DNA from: an uncultured Gammaproteobacteria bacterium
Lineage (GTDB): Bacteria; Patescibacteriota; Microgenomatia; 0-14-0-10-38-17
Length of the DNA stretch: 64,000 nt
NCBI GenBank assembly: GCA_964348895.1
Contig: CAYGEH010000001.1
Location: 182,610 to 246,609, forward strand
Direction of reading: 5' to 3'
Shown: in pieces, positions 40,428 to 50,950 of the stretch
Position numbering within the stretch: the first letter of the stretch is position 1
Layout: every line of letters starts with the position of its first letter
The notes under the pieces: generated by a model
What the model saw: only the letters and a program-made list of their open reading frames with translations
Database searches by the model: none
Told to the model about the DNA's origin: nothing
Made by a program: the position numbers and the translations under genes

Positions 40428-41657
40428 GTGTTATCTGGAAAAAAAATTGCTATTGTTGGCGCTGGAATCAGTGGTTTATACTTGGCTTATCGTTTAAGCT
40501 CTAAGAACAAAGTTATTGTTTTTGAAAAAAATAACCAAGTCGGGGGATTAGCCTCAACTTTTCAATCCGACAACTGGAGTTGGCCGCTAGAAAGCTTTTA
40601 TCATCATTTTTTCACTTCTGATAAAAAATTAATAAGTCTTTTAAAAGAATTATCTTTATCGTTTTTTTGGCAAAAACCAACAACCGCTATTTGGCAAAAC
40701 GAAAAAGTTAATGATTTTTCTTCACCCCAAGATTTGTTTACTTTTCCCGAAATAAGTTTTTTTGACAAGGTTCGCCTGGGAGGAACACTGGGTTTATTAA
40801 AAATAATTCCTAATTATCGCCTAATTCCTAAAAAAGAAGCCAGTAAATTGTTCCCCTTGCTTATGGGTAAAACATCCTATCAAAAAATTTGGGAGCCGTT
40901 GATGCGAGGAAAGTTTGGTTCTTTTCAAAACAGGATTCCCGCCGTTTGGCTTTGGGCTAGAATAAAAAAAAGATCAACCTCTCTTGGTTATCCCAAGGGA
41001 GGGTTTAGTCAAATAACCAATTGCTTGGTTCAAAAAATTAAAACTCAAGGCGGTCAAATAAAAACTAATTTTCCAATCACTAGGGCTACTCAATTGGCTG
41101 GTTTTGATAAAATCATTTTTACTACCCCAAAAATAACTTTCCAACAAATTTTTAAAGAAAAGCCTCTTTGTCAAGTTGCTTACCTGGCAAGCTTAAACTT
41201 AATTATTTCAAGTCCCCAGCCACTTTTTGAAGACAGTCTGTATTGGCTCAATATTACTGACCCCTCTTTTCCTTTCGTGGCAATAATTAATCACTCTGGC
41301 TTGGTTTCTTCTAAAAAATACAATAACAGTTTTCCAATTTATCTTGGCGGATACTATCAACAAAACGATCCCATTATGAAAGAATCAGCTCAAGAAGTTT
41401 TTACTAAATTCAATCCGTTTTTAAAAAGAATTAATCCTAAATTTAATCCCCAAAACTGTCAGTTCTTTCTAAACAAAAACTTATGGGCTCAACCAATTGC
41501 TGATCTTAATCAGCCCCAACCTCATCCTTCGTTTAAAACGAAATATCAAAACGTTTTCTTGGTTAACATGGAACAAATTTATCCTTGGGACCGGGGAGTT
41601 AATTATGCTCTTGATTTGGCCGACAAGTTTTTGCACTCTGTTGCTCTTGTCTCTTAG
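40428..41657 (+). CDS. FAD-dependent oxidoreductase (amine-oxidase / UDP-galactopyranose-mutase-like Rossmann family)
   Basis: IAIVGAGISGL dinucleotide-binding motif followed by VGGLAST; 409 aa. Confidence 0.55.
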   Translation: MLSGKKIAIVGAGISGLYLAYRLSSKNKVIVFEKNNQVGGLASTFQSDNWSWPLESFYHHFFTSDKKLISLLKELSLSFFWQKPTTAIWQNEKVNDFSSPQDLFTFPEISFFDKVRLGGTLGLLKIIPNYRLIPKKEASKLFPLLMGKTSYQKIWEPLMRGKFGSFQNRIPAVWLWARIKKRSTSLGYPKGGFSQITNCLVQKIKTQGGQIKTNFPITRATQLAGFDKIIFTTPKITFQQIFKEKPLCQVAYLASLNLIISSPQPLFEDSLYWLNITDPSFPFVAIINHSGLVSSKKYNNSFPIYLGGYYQQNDPIMKESAQEVFTKFNPFLKRINPKFNPQNCQFFLNKNLWAQPIADLNQPQPHPSFKTKYQNVFLVNMEQIYPWDRGVNYALDLADKFLHSVALVS

Positions 41658-41676
41658 TTGATTTAAAATATGACTA

Positions 41677-42588
41677 ATGCTAAGGGCAAAAACTATTCTT
41701 GCTTCTTTAAGGCCGTATCAGTGGATTAAAAATCTTGCCATTTACGCCGCTCTTCTTTTTACTGGCTATCTCTTCGATGAAAACCACTTTTTGATTACCA
41801 CCGCAGGATTTGTCATTCTTTGTTTGCTCTCTTCTGCTTCTTATTTACTAAATGACATCGTTGATGTTGCTCGAGATCGTCTTCATCCTATTAAGAAAAA
41901 TCGACCTATTGCCACAGGGGAATTATCTGTTAATACCGCTTTTCAAGTTTCCGTGGGCTTGTTTATTTTTGGCCTAACAGCCGCCTTTCTGCTTAGTCGA
42001 GGATTTTTTATCATTTCACTAGTCTTTGTCGTTCTTCATTTAATTTATTCTTTTTATCTCAAAAAGCATCCCCCTCTAGATATTTTGGCAATCGCTGCCT
42101 CTTTTGTTTTAAGAACTCTGGCTGGAACAACCCTAAGCGGGTTTCACATTCCTATCTGGTTAGTCTTCTCGGTTATCTTTCTTTCTCTTTTTATTGCCAG
42201 CGGCAAGAGACGGTCCGAATTATTAAAAAAAGGACAAGGAACTCGACCCGCCCTAAAAGAATATCGTCGAGAATTACTAAATTCTTATTTATCTATTTTT
42301 GGCACCGCCACTCTTATTTCTTACGCTATGTTTACTTTTACCGCTTCTCCCCCCGAGTTTAGCGATAAGCTCTTAAGATTTCTGCTATATAACTATCCCC
42401 AAACGGTTGACAGAAAGTGGTTAACGCTCTCTGTTCCTTTTGTTATTATTGGTCTAATGCGTTATGCCCAATTAGTTTTTTTGGCTCAAGAGGGGGAAGC
42501 TCCAGAGAAAACGATTAAAGACACCTATTTAATTTTAAGTGTTTTGGGTTGGGGAGCGAGTATTTTTGCCATCATTTATGTCTTCTAG
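41677..42588 (+). CDS. UbiA-family polyprenyl-phosphate transferase (decaprenyl-phosphate phosphoribosyltransferase-like)
   Basis: NDIVDVARDRLHPIKKNRP (NDxxDxxxD) motif, about 8 TM helices; 303 aa. Confidence 0.65.
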   Translation: MLRAKTILASLRPYQWIKNLAIYAALLFTGYLFDENHFLITTAGFVILCLLSSASYLLNDIVDVARDRLHPIKKNRPIATGELSVNTAFQVSVGLFIFGLTAAFLLSRGFFIISLVFVVLHLIYSFYLKKHPPLDILAIAASFVLRTLAGTTLSGFHIPIWLVFSVIFLSLFIASGKRRSELLKKGQGTRPALKEYRRELLNSYLSIFGTATLISYAMFTFTASPPEFSDKLLRFLLYNYPQTVDRKWLTLSVPFVIIGLMRYAQLVFLAQEGEAPEKTIKDTYLILSVLGWGASIFAIIYVF

Positions 42589-44200
42589 GCAGGAAAAGAT
42601 TCTTCTCTTGGCTATTCTTGTTTTTTCCGCTCTGTTACGATTTGGTGGCCTGAATTGGGGCGACGGTTATTTCTTTCACCCTGATGAAAACAACATGGCT
42701 CGGGCAATTCTTAATTTAAGTCAAGGGAATAGTCCTGGTCTTTACGCTTACGGGCAATATCCCCTTTTTATCGCTCTTTTTTCTGCCAGAATTTATAATC
42801 TTTTTTCCTTTGTCCATCAACAACACCAGCTAACCTTTAGTCAGGCTGTTTTCTTCTTACGTTTTTGGTCAGCCTTAACTGGAGTCGCGGTTGTTTGGCT
42901 GGTTTATCTTTTGGGTCGAAATTTAATCGAAGCAAGGAGTGGTTTGATTGCTGCTGCCACCACCGCCTTTTTACCTGGTTTAATTCAAGCCAGCCACTTT
43001 GGCACCACCGAATCATGGTTAACTCTTTTTTATTTAACAATGGTTTATTTCTCTTTTCTCTTTTATCAAGAAAATAAAAGAGTCTATCTATTTAGCATTG
43101 GTTTATTGCTTGGCTTAGCTTTGGCAACTAAGATTTCGGCCGCTATTTTTATTTTTGTTCCTTTGACGGCAATAGGGCTTGTTGTTAAAAATGACAAAAA
43201 ATCTATTAAAGATAATTTAATTGGGTTTTTTCTTCTTATTATTATTGCTCTTATCGTAATGCTGCTTTTTTCTCCTTTTTTGGTTATTAATTACCAGCAA
43301 AGCCTTGCCGTCTTAAGGTACGAAATAGCCATTGCCAGGGGTAGTTTACCAATTTTTTACACTCGGCAATTTTTTAATACTCAACCATTCTTGTTCCAAA
43401 TTAAAAAGGTTTTGCCCTTTTTACTGGGTTGGCCGATTCTAGTTTTAGCTCCATTGGCAATAATTTCAATTATTAAAATTAGCAAAAGAAGAAACAAAAA
43501 AAATTATTTTTTTAGCTGGTTAATTGTTCTGCTTCCCAGTTTAATTTTTTTTATTTATCAAGGACAGCTGTTTGTTAAATGGACGCGCTTTATGGTTCCA
43601 ATTCTTCCAGTCTTTTCCCTGCTTTTTGCCCAAACAATAACTAGCTTTTATAAACCACTACAATATATTTTAATAGTTTCTTCTTTTCTTCCTGGCTTAT
43701 TTTTATTTGATTTAGTTTATGGACAACCTGATGTTCGTCAACAGTTTTCCTCTTGGGCTAAAAAAAATCTTCCCGAAAACTCTATTGTTCTTTTTGAAGA
43801 AAATAATGTTGTTGATCTTCCTCTAGGAAAACACTCTTTTCAAACAATTAGTTTTAACTTTTATCGTCTAGAAGAAGAGGACTTTCAAAACCAACTCAGC
43901 CAATTACTGGAATTAAGCGATTATCTTCTTATCCCCAGTCGTAGAGTTTTTGCTAACCATTCTTCAGCTAAATTTCCCAATACCGCTAATTTTTATCAAA
44001 AACTTTTTTCCGAACAGTTAGGTTTTCTTGAGTTAAAAAAATTTAACCCCACCAGCCGCCTATGGCTGGCCAATCTTTACTATGCCGAGGCCGAAAAAAG
44101 GGCAGAAGAAACCTGGACTGTCTTTGATCACCCCACTATCAGAATTTATCAAAAGAAAAAACCATATTCTGCCGAAGAATATCGGCAAATTTTATTTTAA
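42539..44200 (+). CDS. GT-C glycosyltransferase, ArnT/PMT-like (COG1807-type)
   Basis: Polytopic membrane protein with an FFHPDENN (DE) first-loop motif; 553 aa. Confidence 0.55.
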   Translation: MFWVGERVFLPSFMSSRQEKILLLAILVFSALLRFGGLNWGDGYFFHPDENNMARAILNLSQGNSPGLYAYGQYPLFIALFSARIYNLFSFVHQQHQLTFSQAVFFLRFWSALTGVAVVWLVYLLGRNLIEARSGLIAAATTAFLPGLIQASHFGTTESWLTLFYLTMVYFSFLFYQENKRVYLFSIGLLLGLALATKISAAIFIFVPLTAIGLVVKNDKKSIKDNLIGFFLLIIIALIVMLLFSPFLVINYQQSLAVLRYEIAIARGSLPIFYTRQFFNTQPFLFQIKKVLPFLLGWPILVLAPLAIISIIKISKRRNKKNYFFSWLIVLLPSLIFFIYQGQLFVKWTRFMVPILPVFSLLFAQTITSFYKPLQYILIVSSFLPGLFLFDLVYGQPDVRQQFSSWAKKNLPENSIVLFEENNVVDLPLGKHSFQTISFNFYRLEEEDFQNQLSQLLELSDYLLIPSRRVFANHSSAKFPNTANFYQKLFSEQLGFLELKKFNPTSRLWLANLYYAEAEKRAEETWTVFDHPTIRIYQKKKPYSAEEYRQILF

Positions 44201-44248
44201 AGAAGTAGAACCAAAAAAAACCTTGTTGAATGACTTACAACGCTTTTA

Positions 44249-44833
44249 TCAGGCAATAGGTGTTTGGGTAAGCTTTTTCAAGGCTTCTTCTATGGAAGAA
44301 ATCACCACAATATCTTTTCGTTTGTTTTCTGCTTTTTGCCTCCAACCAGGAATCAACCAGAAAAGTTTTGCTTTAGTTGAAACAGCTAATTTTTCCAATA
44401 CTTCTAGGTCATCGTCAATAAAAACATCAAGCCCTTCTGTGTTTATCGCCAAAGATTTAAACTGAATCGGATCTTGGTCTTCTTTATTAATAACAATTTG
44501 GCTAAATAAGTTGGTTAAATTGTTGCACTCCAACCAGTCTAGGGTTAATTGTTTTAAAAAGCTAAATCTGGCAGTAATTAAAAAAAGCTGAAAATCCCCA
44601 AGATTAGACCAGGTCTTGATTTTATTCTTATCAGAAAAAGATATTCTTCTTAAATAATTAATCGTTTTTAAAACTAGCTTCTCCCACCTATTTTTAGGAT
44701 AGAAATGGCTCATTCCTCCATTCGCAATTAATCCACTTTCTTTTTGTTTCCTTATCTTAAACCAAAAATAATCCAAACAGTGTCGTGCTAAAACTCCGTC
44801 TAAATCAAAACCAACTTTTATCGTTGCTGTCAT
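44249..44833 (-). CDS. HAD-superfamily hydrolase (nucleotidase/phosphatase-like)
   Basis: N-terminal GFDLDGVLA (DxDGV HAD motif I); 194 aa. Confidence 0.5.
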   Translation of the reverse strand: MTATIKVGFDLDGVLARHCLDYFWFKIRKQKESGLIANGGMSHFYPKNRWEKLVLKTINYLRRISFSDKNKIKTWSNLGDFQLFLITARFSFLKQLTLDWLECNNLTNLFSQIVINKEDQDPIQFKSLAINTEGLDVFIDDDLEVLEKLAVSTKAKLFWLIPGWRQKAENKRKDIVVISSIEEALKKLTQTPIA

Positions 44834-44905
44834 TTTCTGGTAGTCAGTTTAACATACCAACAGCACCTTTTTTAATCAAGCCAAATCAATTACAATAAAG
44901 CCTAA

Positions 44906-46942
44906 ATGGAAATTGTTCACGAGTTGGGTTTGGTTTTCTATTGGTGGTTTATTTTATTTTCTTTGGGAATAATTGTTCTTCCCTTGACTCAGTTGCTCTT
45001 TCGAGGTTTGTTTTCTTCTGGTTACTTGTTTTCTAAGGTTGTTGCCCTAGTTCTGTTTTCCTGGCCAGTTTTTCTCTTGGCTCACTTAAGAATTCTTCCC
45101 TTTACCCAAACAAGCATTTTGATATTTTTGGGATTAATGGGGGTGGGGCTTTTGTTCTTCTTTAAAAAAAGGCCCTTTCTTGACCGAAAAATGATTAGAC
45201 AAATTTTTTGGCAAGAAATTGGTTTTTTACTTGCTCTTTTACTCTGGTCATATGTTAGGTCTTTAAAGCCAGACATTTCCTGTTTAGAGAAGTTTATGAA
45301 TTTTGGCTTTATGAGAGTCCTAATCAATAGTCGTTTTTTGCCTCCAATCGATATGTGGTTTGCTGGAGAAACAATCAATTATTATTATTATGGTCATTTC
45401 CTTGCTGCTTTCCTAACTAAACTCTCCGGAATAGTCCCAATAATTACCTACAACCTAATGATTGCCACTCTTTTTGCTCTAACCACCAGTCAGGTTTTTT
45501 CTTTAGTTTCAAGTCTTGTCAGTAAAATCAGCAAAAACAAGAGAACCGTTATTGTCGCTGGTCTATTGGGAGCACTACTAATCGGTTTTGCCAGCAATCT
45601 TCACACTCCATATTATGTTTTGAAGGACGGAATCCAAAGCTATTGGTATCCTAACGCCACTCGCTATATTGGTTATAATCCCCCCACCGACGATAAAACC
45701 ATCCACGAGTTTCCAGCCTACTCTTTTGTTGTGGCTGACCTTCATGGTCATGTTTCTTCTCTGCCCTTGGTTATTTTATTTATTGGCTTGAATCTATCTT
45801 TAATTTTGGAGGGGAAAAGTAATTTTTGGCTAAAGGTAGCTTTCTTGGGTTTTCTTTTGGGAATAATTTACATGATTAATGCTTGGGATTTGCCAATTTA
45901 CCTTTTGTTTTTTGGCATTTGCTTGTTAATTAACCTTCTGGCTAGTGTCAAAAAATTAAAGACTTTTTCTCAGTTTATTTCTAAGCTACCAATTATAATT
46001 AAGCCGATAATGGTCGTAATCGGCCTTTTTCTTTTAGCCTCTCTCCCCTTCAATTTAAATTTTCAACCTATGACTCAGGGGATTGGAATAGTAAAAAGTC
46101 AAACACCTTTTTCCCAACTTCTAGTTCTTTGGGGTGCGTTTGGTTTTTGGGCTATAAGTTTCTTGTTTGTCTTTAAATTTATTCCTTCACGAAAACCAAC
46201 TGACTTTTTCGTTTTGGGGTTAATCACAACTGCTCTAATTCTTATCGGATTACCAGAAATAATTTATGTTAAAGACATTTATATTGACACCTTTCATCGA
46301 GCCAACACTATGTTTAAGCTTACCTTTCAAGCTTATTTAATGCTTACGGTCGCCTCTGTTTATATTATAGTTCGAACCTATCAAAGCTTAGGCTGGCTAT
46401 TAAAAAGATTATTTTTATTCATTTGTTTCGTTCTGATTGGCAGTCTTCTTATTTATCCCTTTTTTTCAATTCCTGGCTTTTACGGAAAGCCAAGGCTTGT
46501 TAAAACCCAAACCTTGTCGGGATTAGGCTTTCTGGCTCAAAGATACCCAGAAGACTATCAAGCAATTATTTGGATCGAAGAAAATCTTGTTCAAACGGCA
46601 GTTGTTTTAGAGGCGGCTGGGGATAGTTATACTGATTTTGGTCGCGTTTCTGTTTTCACTGGTCGCCCCACCATTCAAGGCTGGTTTGTTCATCAATGGC
46701 TTTGGCGAGGAAACTATGAAGAACCAACTAGAAGAGCTCTTCATGTTGAGCAAATTTACCAATCAGCCAATATCGATGTTGCTCAAAGCTTATTACAGAA
46801 ATACGCTGTTGACTATCTTTTCTTTGGTCAATTGGAGCGGGAAAAGTATCCCCAAGCAACTCTTGAAAGGCTAAGTCTTCTGGGAGAACCAGTTTTTAGA
46901 GCGGGAAGGACAGTGGTTTTTAGAATAAACAGCAGTCTTTAA
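44906..46942 (+). CDS. Large polytopic membrane protein of the YYY-motif (DUF2298 / Chlor_Arch_YYY) family, putative GT-C-like glycosyltransferase
   Basis: 678 aa, more than 14 TM helices; INYYYYGHF motif characteristic of the Chloroflexi/Archaea YYY family. Confidence 0.5.
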   Translation: MEIVHELGLVFYWWFILFSLGIIVLPLTQLLFRGLFSSGYLFSKVVALVLFSWPVFLLAHLRILPFTQTSILIFLGLMGVGLLFFFKKRPFLDRKMIRQIFWQEIGFLLALLLWSYVRSLKPDISCLEKFMNFGFMRVLINSRFLPPIDMWFAGETINYYYYGHFLAAFLTKLSGIVPIITYNLMIATLFALTTSQVFSLVSSLVSKISKNKRTVIVAGLLGALLIGFASNLHTPYYVLKDGIQSYWYPNATRYIGYNPPTDDKTIHEFPAYSFVVADLHGHVSSLPLVILFIGLNLSLILEGKSNFWLKVAFLGFLLGIIYMINAWDLPIYLLFFGICLLINLLASVKKLKTFSQFISKLPIIIKPIMVVIGLFLLASLPFNLNFQPMTQGIGIVKSQTPFSQLLVLWGAFGFWAISFLFVFKFIPSRKPTDFFVLGLITTALILIGLPEIIYVKDIYIDTFHRANTMFKLTFQAYLMLTVASVYIIVRTYQSLGWLLKRLFLFICFVLIGSLLIYPFFSIPGFYGKPRLVKTQTLSGLGFLAQRYPEDYQAIIWIEENLVQTAVVLEAAGDSYTDFGRVSVFTGRPTIQGWFVHQWLWRGNYEEPTRRALHVEQIYQSANIDVAQSLLQKYAVDYLFFGQLEREKYPQATLERLSLLGEPVFRAGRTVVFRINSSL

Positions 46943-47042
46943 ACTAAGACAATAAGAAAGTTTATAAAAACAATATATTTTTAAAAAAACCTAAAAATGT
47001 TCGCTTTTAACATCACGCCTTGGAGTTTTAATTAGTTCTTTT

Positions 47043-48851
47043 ATGGTCGATATTCTTAGTTCTCTTAACTCCCAACAACAAAAGGCTGTTTGCTTTGATC
47101 AGGGACCATTATTAATCCTGGCTGGAGCTGGTTCCGGCAAAACTAGGGTTATTACCCATCGAGTAGCATATTTAATCAAACAAGATTTGGCTAGAGCTGA
47201 AGAAATTGTTTGTATTACTTTTACCAACAAGGCCGCTCAAGAAATGCAGGAAAGATTAAAAAAACTACTTAGCAACCTGCCTCTTCTTCCTTACGCTGGA
47301 ACATTTCACGCTTTCTGTGCTCGACTTTTAAGAGTTGATGGTCAAGCAATCGGTATTCCCAAAAATTATGTTATTTGGGATAGAAACGATCAATCTTTGC
47401 TTATTAAAAAACTAATTGGGGGCGAGACTAGATGGCGTCACTCCACCTCTAGTATAATTAACCATATCTCTCAGGCCAAAAATGAACTTATCGGACCGCT
47501 GGAATATGCTAAGTTTGCCCAAGGATCTTTTCAGGAATTAGTTGCCCAAGTTTATCTTGGTTATCAAAAAGAGCTTCGCCTCTCTTGCGCTCTAGATTTT
47601 GATGATTTGTTGGTAAAAACAGTTAATTTGTTTAATCAATCCCCGATAGTTTTGGAAAAATATCAACGAAAGTGTCGCTATCTTTTCGTTGACGAATATC
47701 AAGACACCAATCAGGCTCAATATCAAATAACCAAGCTTCTGGCCCAAAAACATCACAACCTCTGTGTTGTCGCAGACGCTTCCCAATCTATTTATAGCTG
47801 GCGTGGCGCCGATTATCGCAACATTAATCGCCTCCAAAAAGATTTTTCTAAAATTACTGTTATGAATCTAGAACAAAATTATCGCTCAACTCAAAACATC
47901 CTTGACGTTGCCTTTCATATTATCACCCAAAACCAGTCTCATCCCATTCTCAATCTCTGGACTGAAAACAATCGTGGCGACAAGGTTTCTGTTTATCAGG
48001 CTCAAAGCGCCCAAGACGAAGCTGGTTTCATTGTAAAAAACATTCTCTCTTTAAAACAGAACGGTTATTCTTTGAATGACTTTAGTGTTCTTTATCGCAC
48101 CAACGCTCAGTCAAGAATCATAGAAGAAGCCCTTCTTCGACATAGCCTTCCCTATCACCTTGTTGGAGGGTTTCGTTTTTATGAAAGAAAAGAAATTAAA
48201 GACATCTTGGCTTTTTTAAGAATAATCACCAACCCTCAAGATTCCGCCTCGAAACAAAGAACTCAAAAAATTGGTCAAAAAATTTTGAAAAATATTTTAC
48301 AGTTGGCTCAGGAGCTTGAAGGCCAAAAGTTAACAACCGTTAAGGTTTTAAATCTTGTTTTAGAAAAGAGCAGTTATTTGGAAAGATTTAAGCCCGAAAA
48401 CGAAGACGACTTATCCCGATTAGAGAATATTAAAGAACTAGAAAGTGTCGCCCTAGAATTTCCCGAGCTTAATCAGTTTTTAGAAAATATAGCCTTAATG
48501 GAACAAGAGTATTTTCCCCAAAACCAATTAAAAGAATTTTCGCAAAATAAAGAAAGAGTTACTTTAATGACCCTTCATTCCGCTAAGGGAACAGAATTTG
48601 AAGTCGTTTTTTTAGCTGGAATGGAGGAAGGGTTACTGCCTCATTCTCGATCTCTCTTTGAAAAAGAATTACTAGAAGAGGAGAGAAGGTTGGCCTATGT
48701 TGGCATCACTAGGGCTAAAACTAAACTTTTCTTAACTTATTCTTCGTCTAGGTTAATTTTTGGACAAACTCAAAGCAATGGACCCTCAAGGTTCTTAATT
48801 GATATTCCCGAAAATCTTATTAGCCAATCATTTTCACCTGTTTACTCTTAG
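47043..48851 (+). CDS. uvrD: UvrD/PcrA-family DNA helicase (short form)
   Basis: Walker A AGAGSGKTRVITHR, DEYQDTN, helicase motifs III-VI; 602 aa. Confidence 0.85.
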   Translation: MVDILSSLNSQQQKAVCFDQGPLLILAGAGSGKTRVITHRVAYLIKQDLARAEEIVCITFTNKAAQEMQERLKKLLSNLPLLPYAGTFHAFCARLLRVDGQAIGIPKNYVIWDRNDQSLLIKKLIGGETRWRHSTSSIINHISQAKNELIGPLEYAKFAQGSFQELVAQVYLGYQKELRLSCALDFDDLLVKTVNLFNQSPIVLEKYQRKCRYLFVDEYQDTNQAQYQITKLLAQKHHNLCVVADASQSIYSWRGADYRNINRLQKDFSKITVMNLEQNYRSTQNILDVAFHIITQNQSHPILNLWTENNRGDKVSVYQAQSAQDEAGFIVKNILSLKQNGYSLNDFSVLYRTNAQSRIIEEALLRHSLPYHLVGGFRFYERKEIKDILAFLRIITNPQDSASKQRTQKIGQKILKNILQLAQELEGQKLTTVKVLNLVLEKSSYLERFKPENEDDLSRLENIKELESVALEFPELNQFLENIALMEQEYFPQNQLKEFSQNKERVTLMTLHSAKGTEFEVVFLAGMEEGLLPHSRSLFEKELLEEERRLAYVGITRAKTKLFLTYSSSRLIFGQTQSNGPSRFLIDIPENLISQSFSPVYS

Positions 48852-49008
48852 ATTGTTTTTATTAAACTCCACCACTAAAAGAATCTTTCAATTTTTTTGT
48901 TTCCTTCTTGTTAATTTAATAACTAAATAACCTCCTGTTCTTTTTCTTGTTTTTCTTGCTAATGTTTTTTGAGTTTCTTTTGTTGATAAGCTATCATAAC
49001 AACTAGCA

Positions 49009-50004
49009 ATGGCTTTGATAATAACCACTAATCCTCAACAAGAACAATACGACAGGCTAGTTAGTCACCCGATTCAATCTTGGGCCTGGGGTAGTTTCCG
49101 CCAAAAAATGGGAGTTAGTCTGACTCGCTTTATCATTAATAACGAGTTTGCTGGTCAGGTTTTTTTTTATAAAGTGCCTCACTTGTCGCTAACAATCGGA
49201 CACTGCCCCAAAATTAATTTCATCAACCCTCCTCTTCTTGACTATTTGCTTTTGCTTAATCAAGAAAAAAAGGCTATTTTTACTAAAATTGAGCCTCAAA
49301 TCATTAGTTCGCCCAAAGCGATTAATCAATTGTCTGCCTTAAAAAAAATTCGTCCTAGCCGAGAAATCTTCTCTTGCTATACCATGATAATTGATTTAAC
49401 CCAAACAGAGGAAGAGCTTTTGGCTGGCTTTACACCTAAAACCAGATACAATCTTCGCTTGGCTCAAAAAAAGGGCGTCAAGGTTAGAGAAAATAATTCC
49501 AATTCTGCTTTTGAGATCTATTGGCAATTAACCAAGCAAACCACCGCCAGACAAGGCTTTTACGCTCACAACAAAGAATATCATCAGAAAATGTGGCAAA
49601 CCATGAGTCAGGCTGGTCTTGCTCATCTATTTCAAGCTGAATATCAACAAAAAATAATCGCCTCTTGGATCCTTTTTAAGTTCAAAAATACCCTTTATTA
49701 CCCCTATGGGGCATCTTCGCGAGAATATCGCAACATTACAGCTTCAAACTTACTAATGTGGGAGGCAATCCGTTTTGGAAAAAACACTAACTGTCATAGC
49801 TTTGATCTCTGGGGGACTTCGGGTCCAAACCCAAAAGAAAGTGACTCTTGGTATGGTTTCCATCGCTTTAAGTCTGGCTACAACCCGAAAATCGTCAAGC
49901 TGATTGGCGCCTATGATTTGGTTACCAGTCCCAATTTCTATCGACTCTATCGGTCGGCTGACAGAGCTCGACAATGGTGGCTAAAACTAAAAACTAAAAC
50001 TTAG
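49009..50004 (+). CDS. FemAB-family peptidyltransferase (peptidoglycan cross-bridge formation)
   Basis: GNAT-like FemAB core with YYPYGASSREYRN...NLLMWEAIRFGK; 331 aa. Confidence 0.55.
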   Translation: MALIITTNPQQEQYDRLVSHPIQSWAWGSFRQKMGVSLTRFIINNEFAGQVFFYKVPHLSLTIGHCPKINFINPPLLDYLLLLNQEKKAIFTKIEPQIISSPKAINQLSALKKIRPSREIFSCYTMIIDLTQTEEELLAGFTPKTRYNLRLAQKKGVKVRENNSNSAFEIYWQLTKQTTARQGFYAHNKEYHQKMWQTMSQAGLAHLFQAEYQQKIIASWILFKFKNTLYYPYGASSREYRNITASNLLMWEAIRFGKNTNCHSFDLWGTSGPNPKESDSWYGFHRFKSGYNPKIVKLIGAYDLVTSPNFYRLYRSADRARQWWLKLKTKT

Positions 50005-50114
50005 GCGCTTCCTTCAAAAAAATAAAAACCCCTAGTTGTTTTGTTTGAGCTAAGACAAAACCAAAAGAATTTGTGATTTAAGTTCTTTTGTTTTAAAATC
50101 AAAAAATTGTTTTT

Positions 50115-50927
50115 ATGAAAATTGGTGTTTTTGACTCTGGCTTAGGTGGTTTGGCTATTTTGAAGGCCTTTAGAAAAGATCTTCCTCAATATGATTATCT
50201 TTATTTGGGGGATAACCTCCATTTTCCTTATGGCAATCGAAGCCAAGAACAAATTATTAACTGGACAAGAAAAGCTGTTCTTTTTTTTATTAGAAACAAC
50301 TGTCGATTGATAATCTTTGCCTGCAACACTGTCACCGCTGTTGCTCTTCCAATTCTTCAAAAAGAATTTTTAGATCAAGCTAAAATATTGGGAATTGTTC
50401 GTCCCACTAGTGAATTTCTGTCTAGCAGTTCGTTTACTAGAGTTGGTATTGTTGGCACCACCAATACGATTAAGTCTAATATTTTTAATTATGATCTTAG
50501 AAGAATAAACTCAAGCAAAAGAATCACCCTCTATCAACAAGACTGTCCTGGCCTAGTCGAAGAAATAGAAAAAGGGCCAACTGGCTGGCAAAACTTAGAA
50601 AAACTTTTAACCCAACACTTGTCTTGGCTGAAAAGAGAAAAAATTGAAGCCTTAGTTTTAGGTTGTACTCACTACAATCTAGTGACAACCCAAATCAGGG
50701 CTATTTTTCCCGAAACTAAAATAGTTACTCAGGGGGAATTAGCGGCTCAAAAATTAAACGAGTATTTAAAAAAACAATCAAAAATAACAAGAGAACTAAG
50801 CAAGGGTCAATCTTTAAAACTATTCTTTACTAAAGAAAATCCTAACTATGAAGAATTGGCTAACTTTTTTCTCGAAAACAATAGTCCAATTAAACCAGAA
50901 TTTATTAAAATAAACTTTTCTGGGTAG
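50115..50927 (+). CDS. murI: Glutamate racemase
   Basis: GVFDSGLGGL, ACNT catalytic Cys region; 270 aa. Confidence 0.85.
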   Translation: MKIGVFDSGLGGLAILKAFRKDLPQYDYLYLGDNLHFPYGNRSQEQIINWTRKAVLFFIRNNCRLIIFACNTVTAVALPILQKEFLDQAKILGIVRPTSEFLSSSSFTRVGIVGTTNTIKSNIFNYDLRRINSSKRITLYQQDCPGLVEEIEKGPTGWQNLEKLLTQHLSWLKREKIEALVLGCTHYNLVTTQIRAIFPETKIVTQGELAAQKLNEYLKKQSKITRELSKGQSLKLFFTKENPNYEELANFFLENNSPIKPEFIKINFSG

Positions 50928-50950
50928 AAGTTTTTTGTAAATCAAAAAAA

